Part shown: piece by piece, positions 1-12,821 of the stretch | Layout: every line of letters starts with the position of its first letter | Numbering within the stretch: the first letter of the stretch is position 1 | The notes under the pieces: model-generated | What the model saw: only the letters and a program-made list of their open reading frames with translations | Databases searched by the model: none | Told to the model about the DNA's origin: nothing | NCBI RefSeq assembly: GCF_018350175.1 | Contig: NC_058369.1 | Span: 9,486,001 to 9,550,000 of the forward strand | Direction of reading: 5' to 3' | Source: Felis catus | Taxonomy: Eukaryota | DNA length: 64,000 bases | Made by a program: the position numbers and the translations under genes

Positions 1-189
1 GGGGTAACCCCAGTATGGACGACACCTCAAAGGGGTGTGGGGACTAACGACACGTTGAATTGAGACGTGTGACGCGGTCAGCACTACCCAGAAATAAATG
101 AGAAGGGAAAAAAAACCCAACCAAACAAACATAGAAAACCAAAGCAAACAACGCGTGTGGCTCTGCTGGTGTGGACTAGCTTGGTCATC

Positions 190-620
190 TGAAGAAGCGT
201 GAGGCCGCCGGTGAGGAGGCCAAACCAGCCAGGGTCACAGCGGGAGGCGGCGACAGCCGATCCCACAGGGCCCTGTGGGCCGTGGCGAGGACCTGGTTCC
301 TTCTCCAAGTGACGCGGGAGCCACAGAGGGTTCCGAACACTGGAGAGATGGGATGTGGCCTGTATGACAATGAAGCCCCCTGCGGGGCAAGGCCAGAAGT
401 TGGGACCTGGGGACGAGGCCACCGCACTTCCGGGTGAGCCGCGGCGGGTCTGGGCGGGGCTGCGCGCGGGACCCAATGGGAGCCCGGCGAGGAGCTCAGC
501 CCCGCCCTCCGATGAACCTGCGAGAGGGTGAGGTTCAAACACAAGTCCCTGCAGCCCCAGGCTGCAGGAAAATGGGGACGTAGCACCGCACACACAACCT
601 GCGATCTGGACCGAAACCCT
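190..620. promoter_or_regulatory. CpG-rich promoter-like element (ETS, two GC boxes, CCAAT)
   Basis: ACTTCCGG 426-433, GGGCGGGG 452-459, CCAAT 473-477, CCCCGCCC 500-507 in CpG-dense sequence with no repeat I recognise. Confidence 0.45.
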
Positions 621-745
621 AGCCCTGCCTTTTCTCATTGTGTGGCCTCTGTCCTAACCTGTCCAAGCCTCAGAAATGCAGATCATCGGACCTCCCTCCA
701 GCCCCGTGCAATCTTCACTGGCAACTAAAATGCACTCTCTTCCAA

Positions 746-773
746 CCCCCCCCCCCCCCCCCCCCCCCCCCCC
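746..773. repeat. C28 homopolymer
   Basis: Direct count. Confidence 0.9.
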
Positions 774-1434
774 GCCCTGGAAGGATGAGAAGGAATGAGG
801 GGGGGAGGCGGGGAGGGCGGAGGAGAAGGCTTCTGTGGCCAAGAAAGCCCTATGGAGGCCTAAGTTTCATTCAGGATGTTGCTGGGGAGAAATGGGTGGG
901 CTGGCGCCGGAGGCTCTGAACTGGAGGCTGAGGAGGTGGGCCTTATCGTATGGACAGTGGGAGTCATATAAGGTTTCGGAGCAGGGGAGGGATGTGATTA
1001 GGGTTGGCGTGGTAGAGACAGGGCTGACAGCTGACAGGACAGATGGGCAGTGATGGAGGCAGAGCGAGGAGGGAGCGGTGAGAGCAGGCCGGCGTAATGA
1101 GGGCTGGAACTAGGACAAAGGCAGTGGGAGTACAAAGGAGGCCCCAATTTAAATATAGCTGCCATTGATTGCTGGGCATCAGGGAGCTTGCCTGGGCTCA
1201 TCAAATTCTGCATTCCAGCAGTTGGGAGGATGAGCCCCATTTTCCAGAGGAAACTAGAGCCCAGAGAAGTTGCTAATGCATGGAGGTCCATACCGTGGAG
1301 CAGGACCTCCAAGCCAGGACCCCAGCACGCCAGAACCCTGGTTCTTCATCTCCTGCGGCTTGTTGGATGGGGTGGGGGCCACGGTGGGAAAGACAGAAGG
1401 GAAGAACGGCTTCCTGGCTCTGAATGAACCACTA

Positions 1435-2175
1435 GGCAACCGTCATTCACTTATTCAACAAAGGTTTATTGAGCACCTACTACAGGGGCCCAAGGATGCC
1501 GCCACGAACAAAGAAACAGTGGGAAGACACAGGGTATGTCAGAAGGTGGGAAGTGCTATGGAGAACAACATGGCAGCCGCCAGGGCTTCCCGTGGAAGGA
1601 TTAATCGTGGCGGGATGGGAGCAAGAGGAATCCAAGACGACTGTAGGGTTTGGCCTGAAATACCTGGAGGATGGGGTGGCGGGAAACTGAGACTGCAAAA
1701 TGGTGGGTTAGGAGGAAGGTCAAGACCGGGCTGTGGACACGTCGAGTTTGAGATGCCAGTTGCTAGGACTCCCTCGTTAGAACCTTCCATTGGCTTCCAT
1801 CAGGCTTCGCATAAAATCCAAACTCTACCGGGATCACAAGACCTAGCGTCACTTGACGCCCACGGACTGACCTATCCCCCCACACTCTGGCCACCCCGAC
1901 CTTCTGTTCCTCCCCCAGGAAAAGCTCCTTCCCACCCCAAGAATGTTACAGTGGCCATTTCTTCTACTGCAAATGCCCATCCCCTTAACTGTCTCCCTCT
2001 TTGCCTGGCGCCCTCTTCAGGTCCTTCAAAGGTCACATTTCGCCTTCTCAGAGAGGATTGCCCTGGCCCCTCTAGCTGAAGAGATTCTTTGCTCTCCAGG
2101 ATTATATCGTTTATTAAGCTGTATTTATTATTCCCCCCCCCTCCTTCTAGAATGTGAGCACCACAGAGACAAAGG

Positions 2176-2219
<44 letters not shown>

Positions 2220-2280
2220 GCGTGTAGCACCTTTTACGGCCTAGCAGGTACTCAATAAATGTCTGCTGAGTGAGAAGAGT
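1435..2280. mobile_element. LINE-2 fragments in both orientations
   Basis: L2 3'-end motifs CATTCAC..TTTATTGAGCACCTAC (1442, -) and GGTACTCAATAAATG (about 2250, +). Confidence 0.65.
2177..2225. repeat. (TG)n microsatellite
   Basis: Directly visible. Confidence 0.97.
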
Positions 2281-5200
2281 GGTGGGAAACAGGGTTATGG
2301 TAGACCAGATGTCCTAGAGTAGTACAGAGGTAAAGTCAAAGAAGCCAAGGGCCCCCAGTGGAATGTTGGGAAAGAGCAACATTTTAAGAGACAAGTGGTT
2401 GAGGAAGGAGACTGGTGAAAGAGAGGAAGGCACGGAGGTGGGTGGAGACCCGGCAGGGAGGTTCATCCTAGGGGGTCAAGTTCGAAAGTGTTTGAGAAAG
2501 GCAAGGTCATCGGTCTTCAGGGCAGCCCAGGGATGAGTTGGGTGCAAGGGATGAGGAGCATCAGGTCACTGGGGGGGTCTTGCCGGCGGAGGGGGGGGGG
2601 CTTGTAAGTTCTCTATAGCCCCATGGGGACAGTGGCATTTCCATCACCGGAGAACGTTCCACTGGATGGCGCTAGTCTTGCTTCGCCCCACTAGGAAGGG
2701 GATTTTCATCTGTTTTGTTCACAGCTGTATCCCCAGTACCTAAAACTATGCCTGGCATACAGCAGGTGCTCAATAAATGCTTCTTGCATGCACAAACAAT
2801 GAGGAAGTGAAAAGTAGGAGAGCCTGATGATAAAAGAGTATATTCTGGAAGAGACAGAAGGCTGGGTAGAAGACAGGACTTGTCTTAAACTAGGGAAAGG
2901 ATCGTGGAAGATACGATGGCTGTTTATCCAACAGCCAATCCTACGCCCTCCCTTGCCAGTGGAGTGCGTCTTCCATCAGAGTCAGAAAATACCCAACAGG
3001 AAGTCTTTTTTCCCAGAATTCCTTTCCATGGGAGCCCTGGTCGAATGAGCCAGTCATGTACCTAACAGGACCTGAGGGGGCTGCTGGGGGCTGTTGGAGG
3101 CTTCTGGGGGGGAAAGTTTTCTTCCCCTGAGAAAAGTGGCATGGCAGGAGACAACCCCTCCTTTTCGTTGGCTCGATGCTTTTGTGTAGACGTCTTGGAA
3201 CAAGGTGGCCATCTTGGGACCATGAGTGGTAAAGGTTACCAGGAAAGTCCTTCCACAGAAGACGCCACAGTGGAAAGACAGAAAGGGCTCCTTGGGGACA
3301 TCCCTGGGCTGTGGAGCCAACCCTGCCACCAGCCACCCGGCCTCCAGACTTCTTGTCATGTGGACGGACAACAGCCATCCTTCCTAGTGGATAAGAGCCA
3401 GGCGGCCTGGGTTCAAATCCCGGTTCCTCCAATCCCTAGCCGTGTGGCCTCGGGTAAGTCACTCAACTCTTCTGTTCCTCAGTTTCCTGGGCCGTACGAC
3501 GGGGATGACGATAGTACCTGCCCCGATGGGTGCGGGGGTTTACGTGATGTGCTTGGGATTTAGGAAGTCCTACACAAATGGTTGCTTTTGTCTTCTTCAT
3601 CATTCTTCTTCTTCTTGCGTTACTTGGGGGGAAGTTATGCCGGAACCCACCAACAAAGGCAACGGTCATCGCATTGTTTCCTGGGTCAGGCTACAGGCTT
3701 ATTCTTTACCTACTGAGATCTCATTTCATCCCCCAGCATCTTTCCCTGGTGAGGGTTCTACTCTCTTCTCGTGAAGAGGGAAACCGAGACCTAGGGCATG
3801 AGCTGCTCGTCCACCACAATCACACAGCTAACGTGCGGTGCCTGGCTCTTGAGTCTGGCTGTGTCACCTCCACCGGGCTGCCCCTGGGGAACACCACCAC
3901 CCCGACTACCCTCTCCTGGGACTTCAGCCACGGTCATTCCTCCACTAACCTGAGCGTAGAAAGGAGCTAGATCTTCCTCTGCCTGGCTGGAGGTCAGGAT
4001 GTCAGGAACTATTCGTGCAACTACCAGGTGCCAGGTGGGTGAGGAGGGAAACATGTGCAAAGGCCCTGGGGCTGGAGAGACCTCATGGTAAAGAGTGAGG
4101 TTACTAGCTGAGAGGGAGGGGACGGAGGACAGGGGAGTGACCAGGAGGTGTTAGCATGGTCAGAAAGCAGGAGAGAGATGGAGGCCACTGTGGACCCCTG
4201 ACCTCAGGTTAGAAGAAACACTTGCCCCCACGGCCAGGGTCAAATCTTCCTGAGATGGGTACTTAGGAGCATAACTGCTTCCCATGCAGTCTATATTCTT
4301 GCCATTCATAGATCGTGCAAATCCTTTTCGGGTTTATTTTTATATCACTTGGCTTTTACCTCCTCTTGGAAAAAGTATTTCTAAAATTCCTTAAAAAAAA
4401 AAAAATCTTCAAACAGAGAGAGTCAAGTTAATTGCTCTCCTTAGTTCATGGCATATTTATTTATACCTTTGGTCTTTGCACTGTCCCTCTCTGTTCATTT
4501 GCCCATTCACTCATTCATTCGTTCGTTCGTTCACTCATTCATTCATTCCCTTGTGTCCCCAAACCCTACTTTCGTTCGCCTCTCCCAAGAGACAACCAAT
4601 ATAATGTTTAATTTGGTCTTATTGGAGTGCATTCTTGCAAAACATGTGCTTTATTTTGAGGGCTTATATTTTTAACTTACATTGACGGCACGAAGTTAAG
4701 CATATTCTGTTGTTTCCTGTTTTCACCCAGAACCAGGTTTTTAAGCCCCATCCTGGGTGGTCCATTAGACGTGCCATCTGGAGCTCTCACTCGGCCTGGG
4801 GCTCCGTAGGTGCATCGGCCATATTCCCGTCCCCGGGGACGGACACCAGGTGGCCTCCAGCCCCCCCCCCCCCAGATGGTGCTGTAGCAAATAAGCCTGC
4901 ACCGCCCCTCACAGACCTGGTGAAAATCTCCCTGGGATGACTGCCTGGGAGCGTAACCGCTGGTGAGTCTGAATTAACTCCACTTGGCACGGATGATGAC
5001 CTTCCTCAGGGCCGCCCAGGCCACACCCGCAGGAGTGGGGGCAGGAGTCTCCCCTGTCCCCACATCCCGCCCACCCTTGGCTGATCCACCTTGCTGACTT
5101 TTTCCACTACGAGAGGCACACGGAAATACTCGCTGTTTTGATTTTCATCTTTCTGATTGCAAATGATTTTGAGTGCCACGTCACATACTGCTTAGCTTTT

Positions 5201-5374
5201 CAGACTTCTCTTCCCTAATCTCCCTGATCATGTATATATATATATGTATATACATATATTGCCTTGTATAGTCCTGATCAGTGCTGCCCAATATGGTGGC
5301 CATTGGCCACATGTGGCTATGGATGCTGGAAATGTGGCTAGTGTGAGTAAGGAACTGAATTTTCGTATTCTCTC

Positions 5375-5799
5375 TTTTTTTTAACGTGTATTTATATACA
5401 GACAGAGAGAGACAGAGACAGAACATGAGCAGGGGAGGGGCAGAGAGAGAGCGAGACACAGGATCGCAAGCAGGCTCCAGGCTCCGAGCTGTCAGCACAG
5501 AGCCCGATGCGGGGCTTGAACCCACGGACCGTGAGATCATGACCTGAGCCGAAGTCGGATGCTTAACTGACTGAGCCACCCAGGCGCCCCGCTTTTTAAA
5601 GTTTATTTATTTTGAGAGAGAAAGAGAGAGAGAGAGACCTTGTGTGTGAGCGGGGAAGGGGCAGAGAGACAGAATCTCAAGCGGACTCCCTGCTGTCTGC
5701 GCAGAGCCCGATGTGGGGCTCGAACTCATGAACCACAAGATCACGACCAGAGCCGAAGTCAGACGCTTAGCTTACCAGACTGAGCCACCCAGGCACCCC
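5375..5799 (-). mobile_element. Two head-to-tail CAN-SINEs (5375-5590, 5593-5799) inside a MER3-like DNA transposon remnant
   Basis: Each ends ...GAGCCACCCAGGCRCCCC and begins with a T-rich tail and AG repeat; flanks 5280-5370 and 5800-5895 resemble MER3/MER33. Confidence 0.92.
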
Positions 5800-5951
5800 A
5801 AAGGAAGGGAATTTTAAGTTGCATTTACTTTTATTTCATTTATCTTTAAAATAGTCACATGTGGTTGGGGGGGCAGCCTAACGGATAGCAATTAGATACT
5901 CATCTGTGGTCAGTTATTTTTCTGTCGTTCTATTTACAAATACCACTTTAG

Positions 5952-6165
5952 GGGGCGCCCGGGTGGCTCAGTCGGTGAAACGTCCGACTTAGGCTCAGGT
6001 CATGATCTCGCGGTTCGAGTTCGAGCCCCTCATCGGGCTCTGTGCTGACAGCTCGGAGCCTGGAGCCTGCTTGCGATCCTGTGTCTTGCTCTCTCTCTGC
6101 CCCTCCCCTGCTCATGCTCTGTGTCTGTCTCGAAAATAAATTTAAAAGCATTAAAAAAAATTAAA
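5952..6165 (+). mobile_element. CAN-SINE
   Basis: GGGGCGCCCGGGTGGCTCAGTCGG head, CT tract, A tail; TSD ACAAAYACCACTTTAG. Confidence 0.95.
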
Positions 6166-6434
6166 ACAAACACCACTTTAGTTCTTACCATGCACCGGGT
6201 GCCAGTCTGTGGATTTTAAATATTAACTCATTTAAGAAACTCCTAGCAACCCCGTAGGTAGATACTATTTTTTCCCTTTTATTGGTGAGGAAACTGAGGC
6301 ACGGAAAGGTTGAGTTACTTGCCCGCGGATTCACAGGAAATGGTAAAGCAAAATCTGGATGCGGGCAGTTTGGTTCCTAAACTGTCCCCGTTATGTCTTT
6401 ATCTGAGCAAAACGTCTCACTTTTCATCTAATCA

Positions 6435-6441
6435 ATTATTA

Positions 6442-6479
<38 letters not shown>
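6435..6479. repeat. (ATT)n microsatellite
   Basis: Directly visible; source of the poly-Ile ORFs. Confidence 0.95.
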
Positions 6480-7644
6480 CGGCCTTGGAGGTTGTGCTTT
6501 TAAAGTTCTGTTTAAGAACCCCTTCCCCCACCCCAGGTCACACAGATACTCTCCTGCGTTTTCCCCTGTGAATGTGAAGCTCTTACCACTCACACAAGGT
6601 CCTCTCAAGCACCTTAACCTTTGCATGGAGCCGTTCTCCCCTTTAATTGTCTTCTAAAGTACAGGATTACACAAAAGGACACGTTTCTATTTTGGGTGAT
6701 TCCTGAAGCTCTCTTAAAGTGCAGTGTTTTCTTAAAAAAAAAAAAAAAAAGCAGGAGCAGATGTAAAAACCCCAGAAGGAGAGAGGAGGTAAGTGATTCT
6801 AGAAAAGATGGGAGCTCCAGAGGGGTGGGTTTGCTGGGGGTGAGAAGCGGATGACGACGAGACGGGCGGGTTTGGAGATCCGCAGGTCGCGGGCCTGCGG
6901 AAGGGCACCGTCGTCGTCGTGATGATCCCTTGCTGATCGCAAGGCTGGAGGAGGCGGGAGGGAAACCGGTCCCCGAGACACTGGAATGACAGCGGGGGAG
7001 AGCTGGAGGGGATCGGTCCAAGTTTGCAAGGAGAAGAGCACAGAGGGAGTGCAGAAGCAGAGCCTGAAGGTTCGAACGAGACCTTTGACGGAGTAAAGCT
7101 CTCGAGGAACCAGGAACCGGACGAGGACGTTTTCGATTTAATTCCCAGACATTTAGTGGGCCCCTCCCGAGGGAGAGGCACTCCCAGATCAAAATAAAAA
7201 CCAAAGCTCAACTCTCGGCCCGGTGGCAGCTGGTGGGAGTGGAGACTCGTCCCACCACTACTTAGGACGGTTTTCGCCAGAGCTAAATGGACTCCTCCCT
7301 ACGACCCAGAAACGCCCGTCCTAGCAATACGTCCCGCCAAAGACAAGCGGTCCCCCCCCCCCCCCCCCCCGCAAGCGCTGCAAAGTGCAAAACGCGGCCG
7401 TGACCGTGAACTTTGCCCAGCTCATGCACACGGCGGCAAGGGAAGAAGGCCAAGAAGCGCGTGCCGTGTGATTCCGTGTGTTCACAATTCAAAAATAGGC
7501 GACGCTAATCCGCGCTGTTCCCTGTCAGGGTGGAGCGACTGGAAGGGAATGAGAAGGTGTCAGGGGGTTGGGGACAATCCGTTTCTTGCTTTGGGTGCTG
7601 GTTACACGAGCCTGTTCAGTTTTGGAAAATTACTCAGGCCGTAC

Positions 7645-7647
<3 letters not shown>

Positions 7648-7701
<54 letters not shown>

Positions 7702-7712
7702 CGCGCGCGCGC
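7648..7712. repeat. Compound (TG)23(CG)9 microsatellite
   Basis: Directly visible. Confidence 0.97.
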
Positions 7713-8717
7713 TTTTCGGCATGTATGTCCTACTTCGATATCAAGTTTTAAAAAGCAGGATTAGAAAGAAGGTAATGTTTACTGAGTGTTTGCCGTGAGC
7801 CAGGCAGGGTGTGTTGTTTTAATCAATCCCCACGACGACCCTATGAAGCAGGGCCTATCATTCCTTCTACTTTGCAGATCAGAGAGGCTGAGTCACTGCT
7901 CTAAGGCCACACAGCGGGTACATGGCGGAGCTGGGTTTTGATCCCGTCTCTCATACATTTCTAACTACTCTGCGGCACCAGGCTTGGAAAAGTGAAGGGA
8001 TGTGGATTTCTCTACGACAGAGGAGAAAAACAAAAAGATGACGACCTTGGGGGAAACTGAAAGGGAGGGTATTTCTTGAAAGCGACCGCCAATGTCTTAA
8101 GAAAACGTGGGCAAGATCTCAAGGAATCAGGGAAAGATTGGAAGCAGATGCGGGGCGAATTTAATAAGGCAGTGGCTAAAGACGAAGAAATGCTGAAGGG
8201 TACTGAAGATCCAAACAAGGGTCACCGGGTAGGAAAGAAAGGAACCCTCCTCGCTGGTTCTCTTGGGACCATTCTAACCCCAGCGATCATTTCCAAGGAT
8301 GGCAAGAATTACCGCCTCATACGGTCTTACTTTTCCATAGCTCCCATCATAGGCATCGTCGTCATGGGAGGCGGGTGGACACCCGCTTCAATGATGACCA
8401 AACCAAGGTTCTGAGAGGCCTGGCGTCTTGTCTGAGACCACACACCACTGAGTGTCCATGAACTGAAGCCTTCTGACTCTACTCTGCCCCGTGGGGTCAG
8501 CCTCCATCCCAGCAAAGTGGCTCACTCAACCTCCCTGCTTCTCCCTCTGCTCCTTCGCCCAGAGAACCTCCTCCCCCCGGATCCATAGCTCCGCCTGCCT
8601 TCCAAACTGCCTCCTTCACTGTCCAGCCTCACCCCGGACTCCTTTCTCTTCCATCCCGTAACCTTCAGGGGCTCAGGTGACACCAGAGCCTTGCGGTGAC
8701 GGTGGAAATATTTTCTT

Positions 8718-8884
8718 CCGAGCTGTCCAATATGGCGGCCAACAGCCCCGTGTGGCCAGTGAGCGCTTAAAACGTGGCCGAGCAACTGAATTTTTCCCTT
8801 GAGTGAACTCTAATTGACTCACATTTATATTTTCTACCATAGCTATGTGGGGCTAGTGGCCACTGTGCTCTATTGTGCAGCTCT
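8718..8884. mobile_element. MER3-like DNA transposon remnant
   Basis: GCTGTCCAATATGG...GGCTAGTGGCCACTGT; homologous to 5280-5370. Confidence 0.65.
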
Positions 8885-10791
8885 GTGGCTACATTGTAGA
8901 AGAGACCACATAAACAAGGGTATGCAGTCGGTCACACACTGGCGGGTGCTGATTATTCCCCATTTGCTCCCCAGGTCAACTCTGGCTTGTGCCGTGCGCT
9001 GTGAGGCGGACCCCTGTGGACTACATCTCCCAGAATGCTTTGCTCTGGTTCCTGCTTGGGTCTGGCCAATGGGAGGCACCAGCAGAAGATGAAGGAGAGA
9101 GGTTGGAGTATTGCTTCCCCGATTCCAAGCCTACTCCTTCCTGCGTGGCCCTGCCTCGGCTGAGTTCCGAAAGTATCGGGGATAGCCATGGCTTCCCTCA
9201 TGGGATCTCAACATCCCTTTACCGGCTTCCTTTACCTGCACCCGCCACTTTAAAGAGTTTCTTAATCACCCACTCTTCATGTGAAACCATCCGGTGGGTG
9301 AATTTCGTTTCCTGTGGAGACCCTGACCGATAAAAGGTGGGAAGAGTGGATGACCCATGAAGGCTGCCCATCTGAGGGTTCCAAAAACCCACAGCTTCTG
9401 AGACCAAGGTCTCTAGAGAAGCGAGACTTGATTCCAGGTCTCCTCACCTCAAGGGACAGGGATACTCTGTGGCCTTTTCCAAATAAGTCTTGGGAGAAAG
9501 ACATCCCACCAGGTTCTTGCCTCACCTCACCGCAAAGCGAGAGCAATTCCTCGGGGCAAGGAGGCTAAGAAACAGAGGAGGTGGAAGAAGACGGGGGTGT
9601 CTGAAAGCTGTCCGAAGGCAGGTTCCATCGGGGGGACACCCAAGGAGATGCGGAGCTCAGGTCTGGATACGCTGTGTCTCTCCTTCCTGGGCACTCAGCT
9701 GGACTCAATCTTCCAGCCTGGCCGTCAGGTGTGGCTCTGCAAGTAAGTTCTGGCCAGGCCAAGGAGAGCAGAAGCCACGTGGGCAACTTCTAGGCCTGGC
9801 CCCGACGCATTTCCTGGGTGCCCCCCTCCACTCCTCTTCCCTTTTGTGGCTTCGCCGTAAGGAGCGCAGAGACCTTGGAAGCCCCGGGTTGACGATAAGG
9901 AGCCACAATATGGAAGGGGCCTGGGATTCGCCCTCCCTGCTTGGCGGAGAGCTGCCCCGCTGTTCCAGGATCCCTATTTTGGACTTGGTCTGTGCCAGCA
10001 CTAACTTCTATCGTGTTTGAGCCCTTTATACATTTGGGGGGGTTCTCTGTGACGGCCACAAGCACTTCTCCAGTACGCTTACTAGTACCTTATCTGATAC
10101 ACAGTGACAAATACGCTCAGGCAGCTAAAATGTCAGCTCCATAAGGCCACAGGCCCGTTTCTTATTCCCTGGTGGACCCTTAGTACATGGTCGGCCTCAA
10201 GGAGGAGGTTTTTGTTGAATAAGCTGTCAGCTTCCATGTTTCTTTTCAGCTGCGTGGAAGGCAGAAGAGTGCAGCAGAGTGGAAAGGGGGTGGGTTTCTA
10301 TCCTGACCAATCACCTACCAGCCGTCTACTTCGGGCAAAGTCCCCAGCCTCAGTTTCCTCACAGGGAGGAGAGAGACTTATAGGAAAGGGGGGTGGAGGG
10401 GGGAAGAATGGGAGAGGCAGGGCTTGAACCTGGGATCGTAGCCAAAGACCAACTCAGGAAACGCTATTCCACTCCCATGATCCTTCTGCTGTCCCAGGAG
10501 GGCTCGAGACTGTTTCTTGCCGTGACCTCAGACTAACTCTGCGGGAATTAGACCCACGGTTTCGGGGCTTGGAGCGGCTGCTTCTAGATCAGGGGGCCCC
10601 GCCGGGGAGCCAGAACTTGGAGAACCTGGAGGGGTCCTCAGAACTGACGGAGGAAACAAACCACAGTTAAATTCAGGGCATCCCACATTTGGGGGGGGGG
10701 CATTCTTCTTACGACCAGCCTCGAGGTATGGGTGACGGGACACATGCCTTAGGACTGATCAGGTTTTTTTCTCCCCCCGTTAATTAAAATG

Positions 10792-10968
10792 TGAATCACA
10801 GCTGAGTCACTGAAGAAAGAAAATGCTCAATGAACAATTCTGACTTCCTCCCTCCTTCCCTGCTCAGAGAGGTGAGTCAGCAGAAGCCCGGATCCAAAAG
10901 TGAGAAGGGAAAAAAGAAGGGATGCTGGGCTTGGGGGGGGGAGGCAGGAGCCGAGCAGACCTGAGTCA
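10792..10968. promoter_or_regulatory. AP-1 motif cluster, candidate enhancer
   Basis: TGAGTCA at 10803, 10873 (TGAGTCAGCA, ARE/MARE-like) and 10962; TGAATCA at 10792. Confidence 0.45.
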
Positions 10969-11861
10969 CTTCGTTCTTTGTCTTAGCAGAAGACAAGTCC
11001 TCAAGCTCCCGGTCCAAGGCAGCAGCCAATCCCTCTAGTGCGCATGCCTCTTTTTCTGGTTTCGCACACACTCGTGGCACCCTGAGTTCTACACGAGCCC
11101 CGACGATCTCCTTCCTTGCTTCCTTCAGACAAAGGCAGACTCCTCACCAGGCCAGAACCCACCTCAAGCCTCTATTCCGCTTCAGTTTCCCCCCCCCCCC
11201 AAAGCCCCAGGCGCCCCTGTGAATTCACACACCATGATCATGTCTCCTAAGCTACTGGAAGAGTGGGGAGCCTTGTGGCCTCTCGTCAGCGGGGAAGGGC
11301 CATGGGGAGCAAATGGAAGATTCTGGAAGTGGAGCCCCTCAGGTTCAGGGCAGCCACGGAGCCTACAACCTGCAAGCGTGGCACCTAGAGCCAGGCTGGG
11401 TCTGAATCCTGGCTCTGCCAGGCCTGGGAGACCTAGTCTTCTTTCTGAGCCTCAGTTTCCTCATCTGTGACACGGGGATAGCCAAAGCTCCTGCTCACAG
11501 TGCGGTGAAGACGAAGAAGTCCCACCCTGGACTTCAGACGTCTGCTTCGTGCATTCTCGGGAGGATCCTTTTTAACGTTCAAATTCCCTACGGGGGTCCA
11601 CCCGTCGCTCCCGTCTTGACCCCCTGGACGTGCAAACGTTTTCTTTAAGGAGTGGGTGGAGTCTTGTGCTTGTTCATTTTTAACCAGAGGGACACTGTCC
11701 ACGTCCCGTCTGTTAATGTCTTAGGGTGTCATTTCAGCAGTTTGCCACCACAAGGCTTTACGAAATCTGCATTTTTTTTTTTTTACAAGGTTGGCAATTT
11801 CAAAGTCCGTCTGCCTTGAACTTGCATTGTACTGTAGGATGATATTTAACGAAACGGAGAC

Positions 11862-12077
11862 CAGTGGCTCTCAACCAGGGGTAATTTCATCTCCCAGGGG
11901 GCATACGGAAGTGTCTGGAGACGTTTTTGACTGTCATGACGGGGGGCGGGGGGGGGGTGCTACGGGCATGTGGTGGGTGGTGGCCAGGGGGTTGCCGCTA
12001 AGTAAGCAGCCGACAACGCACAGAACACAAAGAATGATCTGGCCCCAAATGTCAAAAGTGCTGTGGCCAAGAAGCTG
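11862..12077 (+). mobile_element. MER20-like hAT DNA transposon
   Basis: CAGTGGCTCTCAACCAGGGG...TGTCTGGAGACGTTTTTG...GGCCCCAAATGTCAA resembles the MER20 consensus. Confidence 0.75.
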
Positions 12078-12249
12078 TCGTCTAGAACCTGATCAACAAG
12101 GACATGGACCCAGTGGGCCATGATTGCCCTGGGGTGAGATATCTTGAGTCAGAACTCATTTTTACAAGTGGCCAATTTCCTAGTGACCAAAAAAGTCGAT
12201 TAGGTCTTTTGGGTCCCTCAGCCTCCTTCTAACTATAATAAATTTATGC

Positions 12250-12485
12250 GAAGCTTGAGGCTCATAGCCAGACTGCCTGGATTCTAATTGCAACTCTGCC
12301 ATTTCCTAGCTGTGTGATCTTGGGCAAGTTACATAACTATTCTGGGCATCAGGTTTTTTTTTTTTTTTTTTATTTTTTATCACCTGTAAGTGTGGCTAAT
12401 AATAGAGCCCACTGTATAGGGCTGTTGCATGAAATGGGTTGATATGTGCAAAGTACTTAGAACAGTACTTGGTACATAGTGAGTT
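12250..12485 (+). mobile_element. MIR (representative; further MIR fragments near 3400, 6200, 7800, 11400, 13850, 15050, 21300, 30800, 33850-34330, 38900, 45600, 60500, 61750)
   Basis: CTAGCTGTGTGATCTTGGGCAAGTTAC...AAAGTACTTAGAACAGTACTTGGTACATAGT. Confidence 0.8.
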
Positions 12486-12821
12486 GGAGGGTGCGTGGGA
12501 AGTGGACTGAATTCCTGGTGCAAATGTTGTTCAAGTATGGAGTGCTGAATGAAGATTCACATTCTCCTTCCACAGGGTGGCTGGGAAATGGCCGCCAGGT
12601 CAGGAACTACATTTCCCAGTCTCCCTTGCATCAACATGGGGCCATGTGACCACATTCCGGTCAGTGGAATGGGGTCAGAAGGGAAGTTCATCCCTCCCTG
12701 GCCACGTCCACAAATACCTCTCACTTGCCTCCACTCCACTCTCCTTTGCCCCCAACCTGCTGTCCGGGAACAGACTCTTCGAGCAACCTTGGAAGCTGCA
12801 TGTTAAAAAAGGGCAGAGTCC

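Noticed and set aside
5952-6040. tRNA gene calls at SINE heads
   Set aside because: tRNA-derived SINE heads followed by SINE body, tail and TSD; not functional tRNAs.
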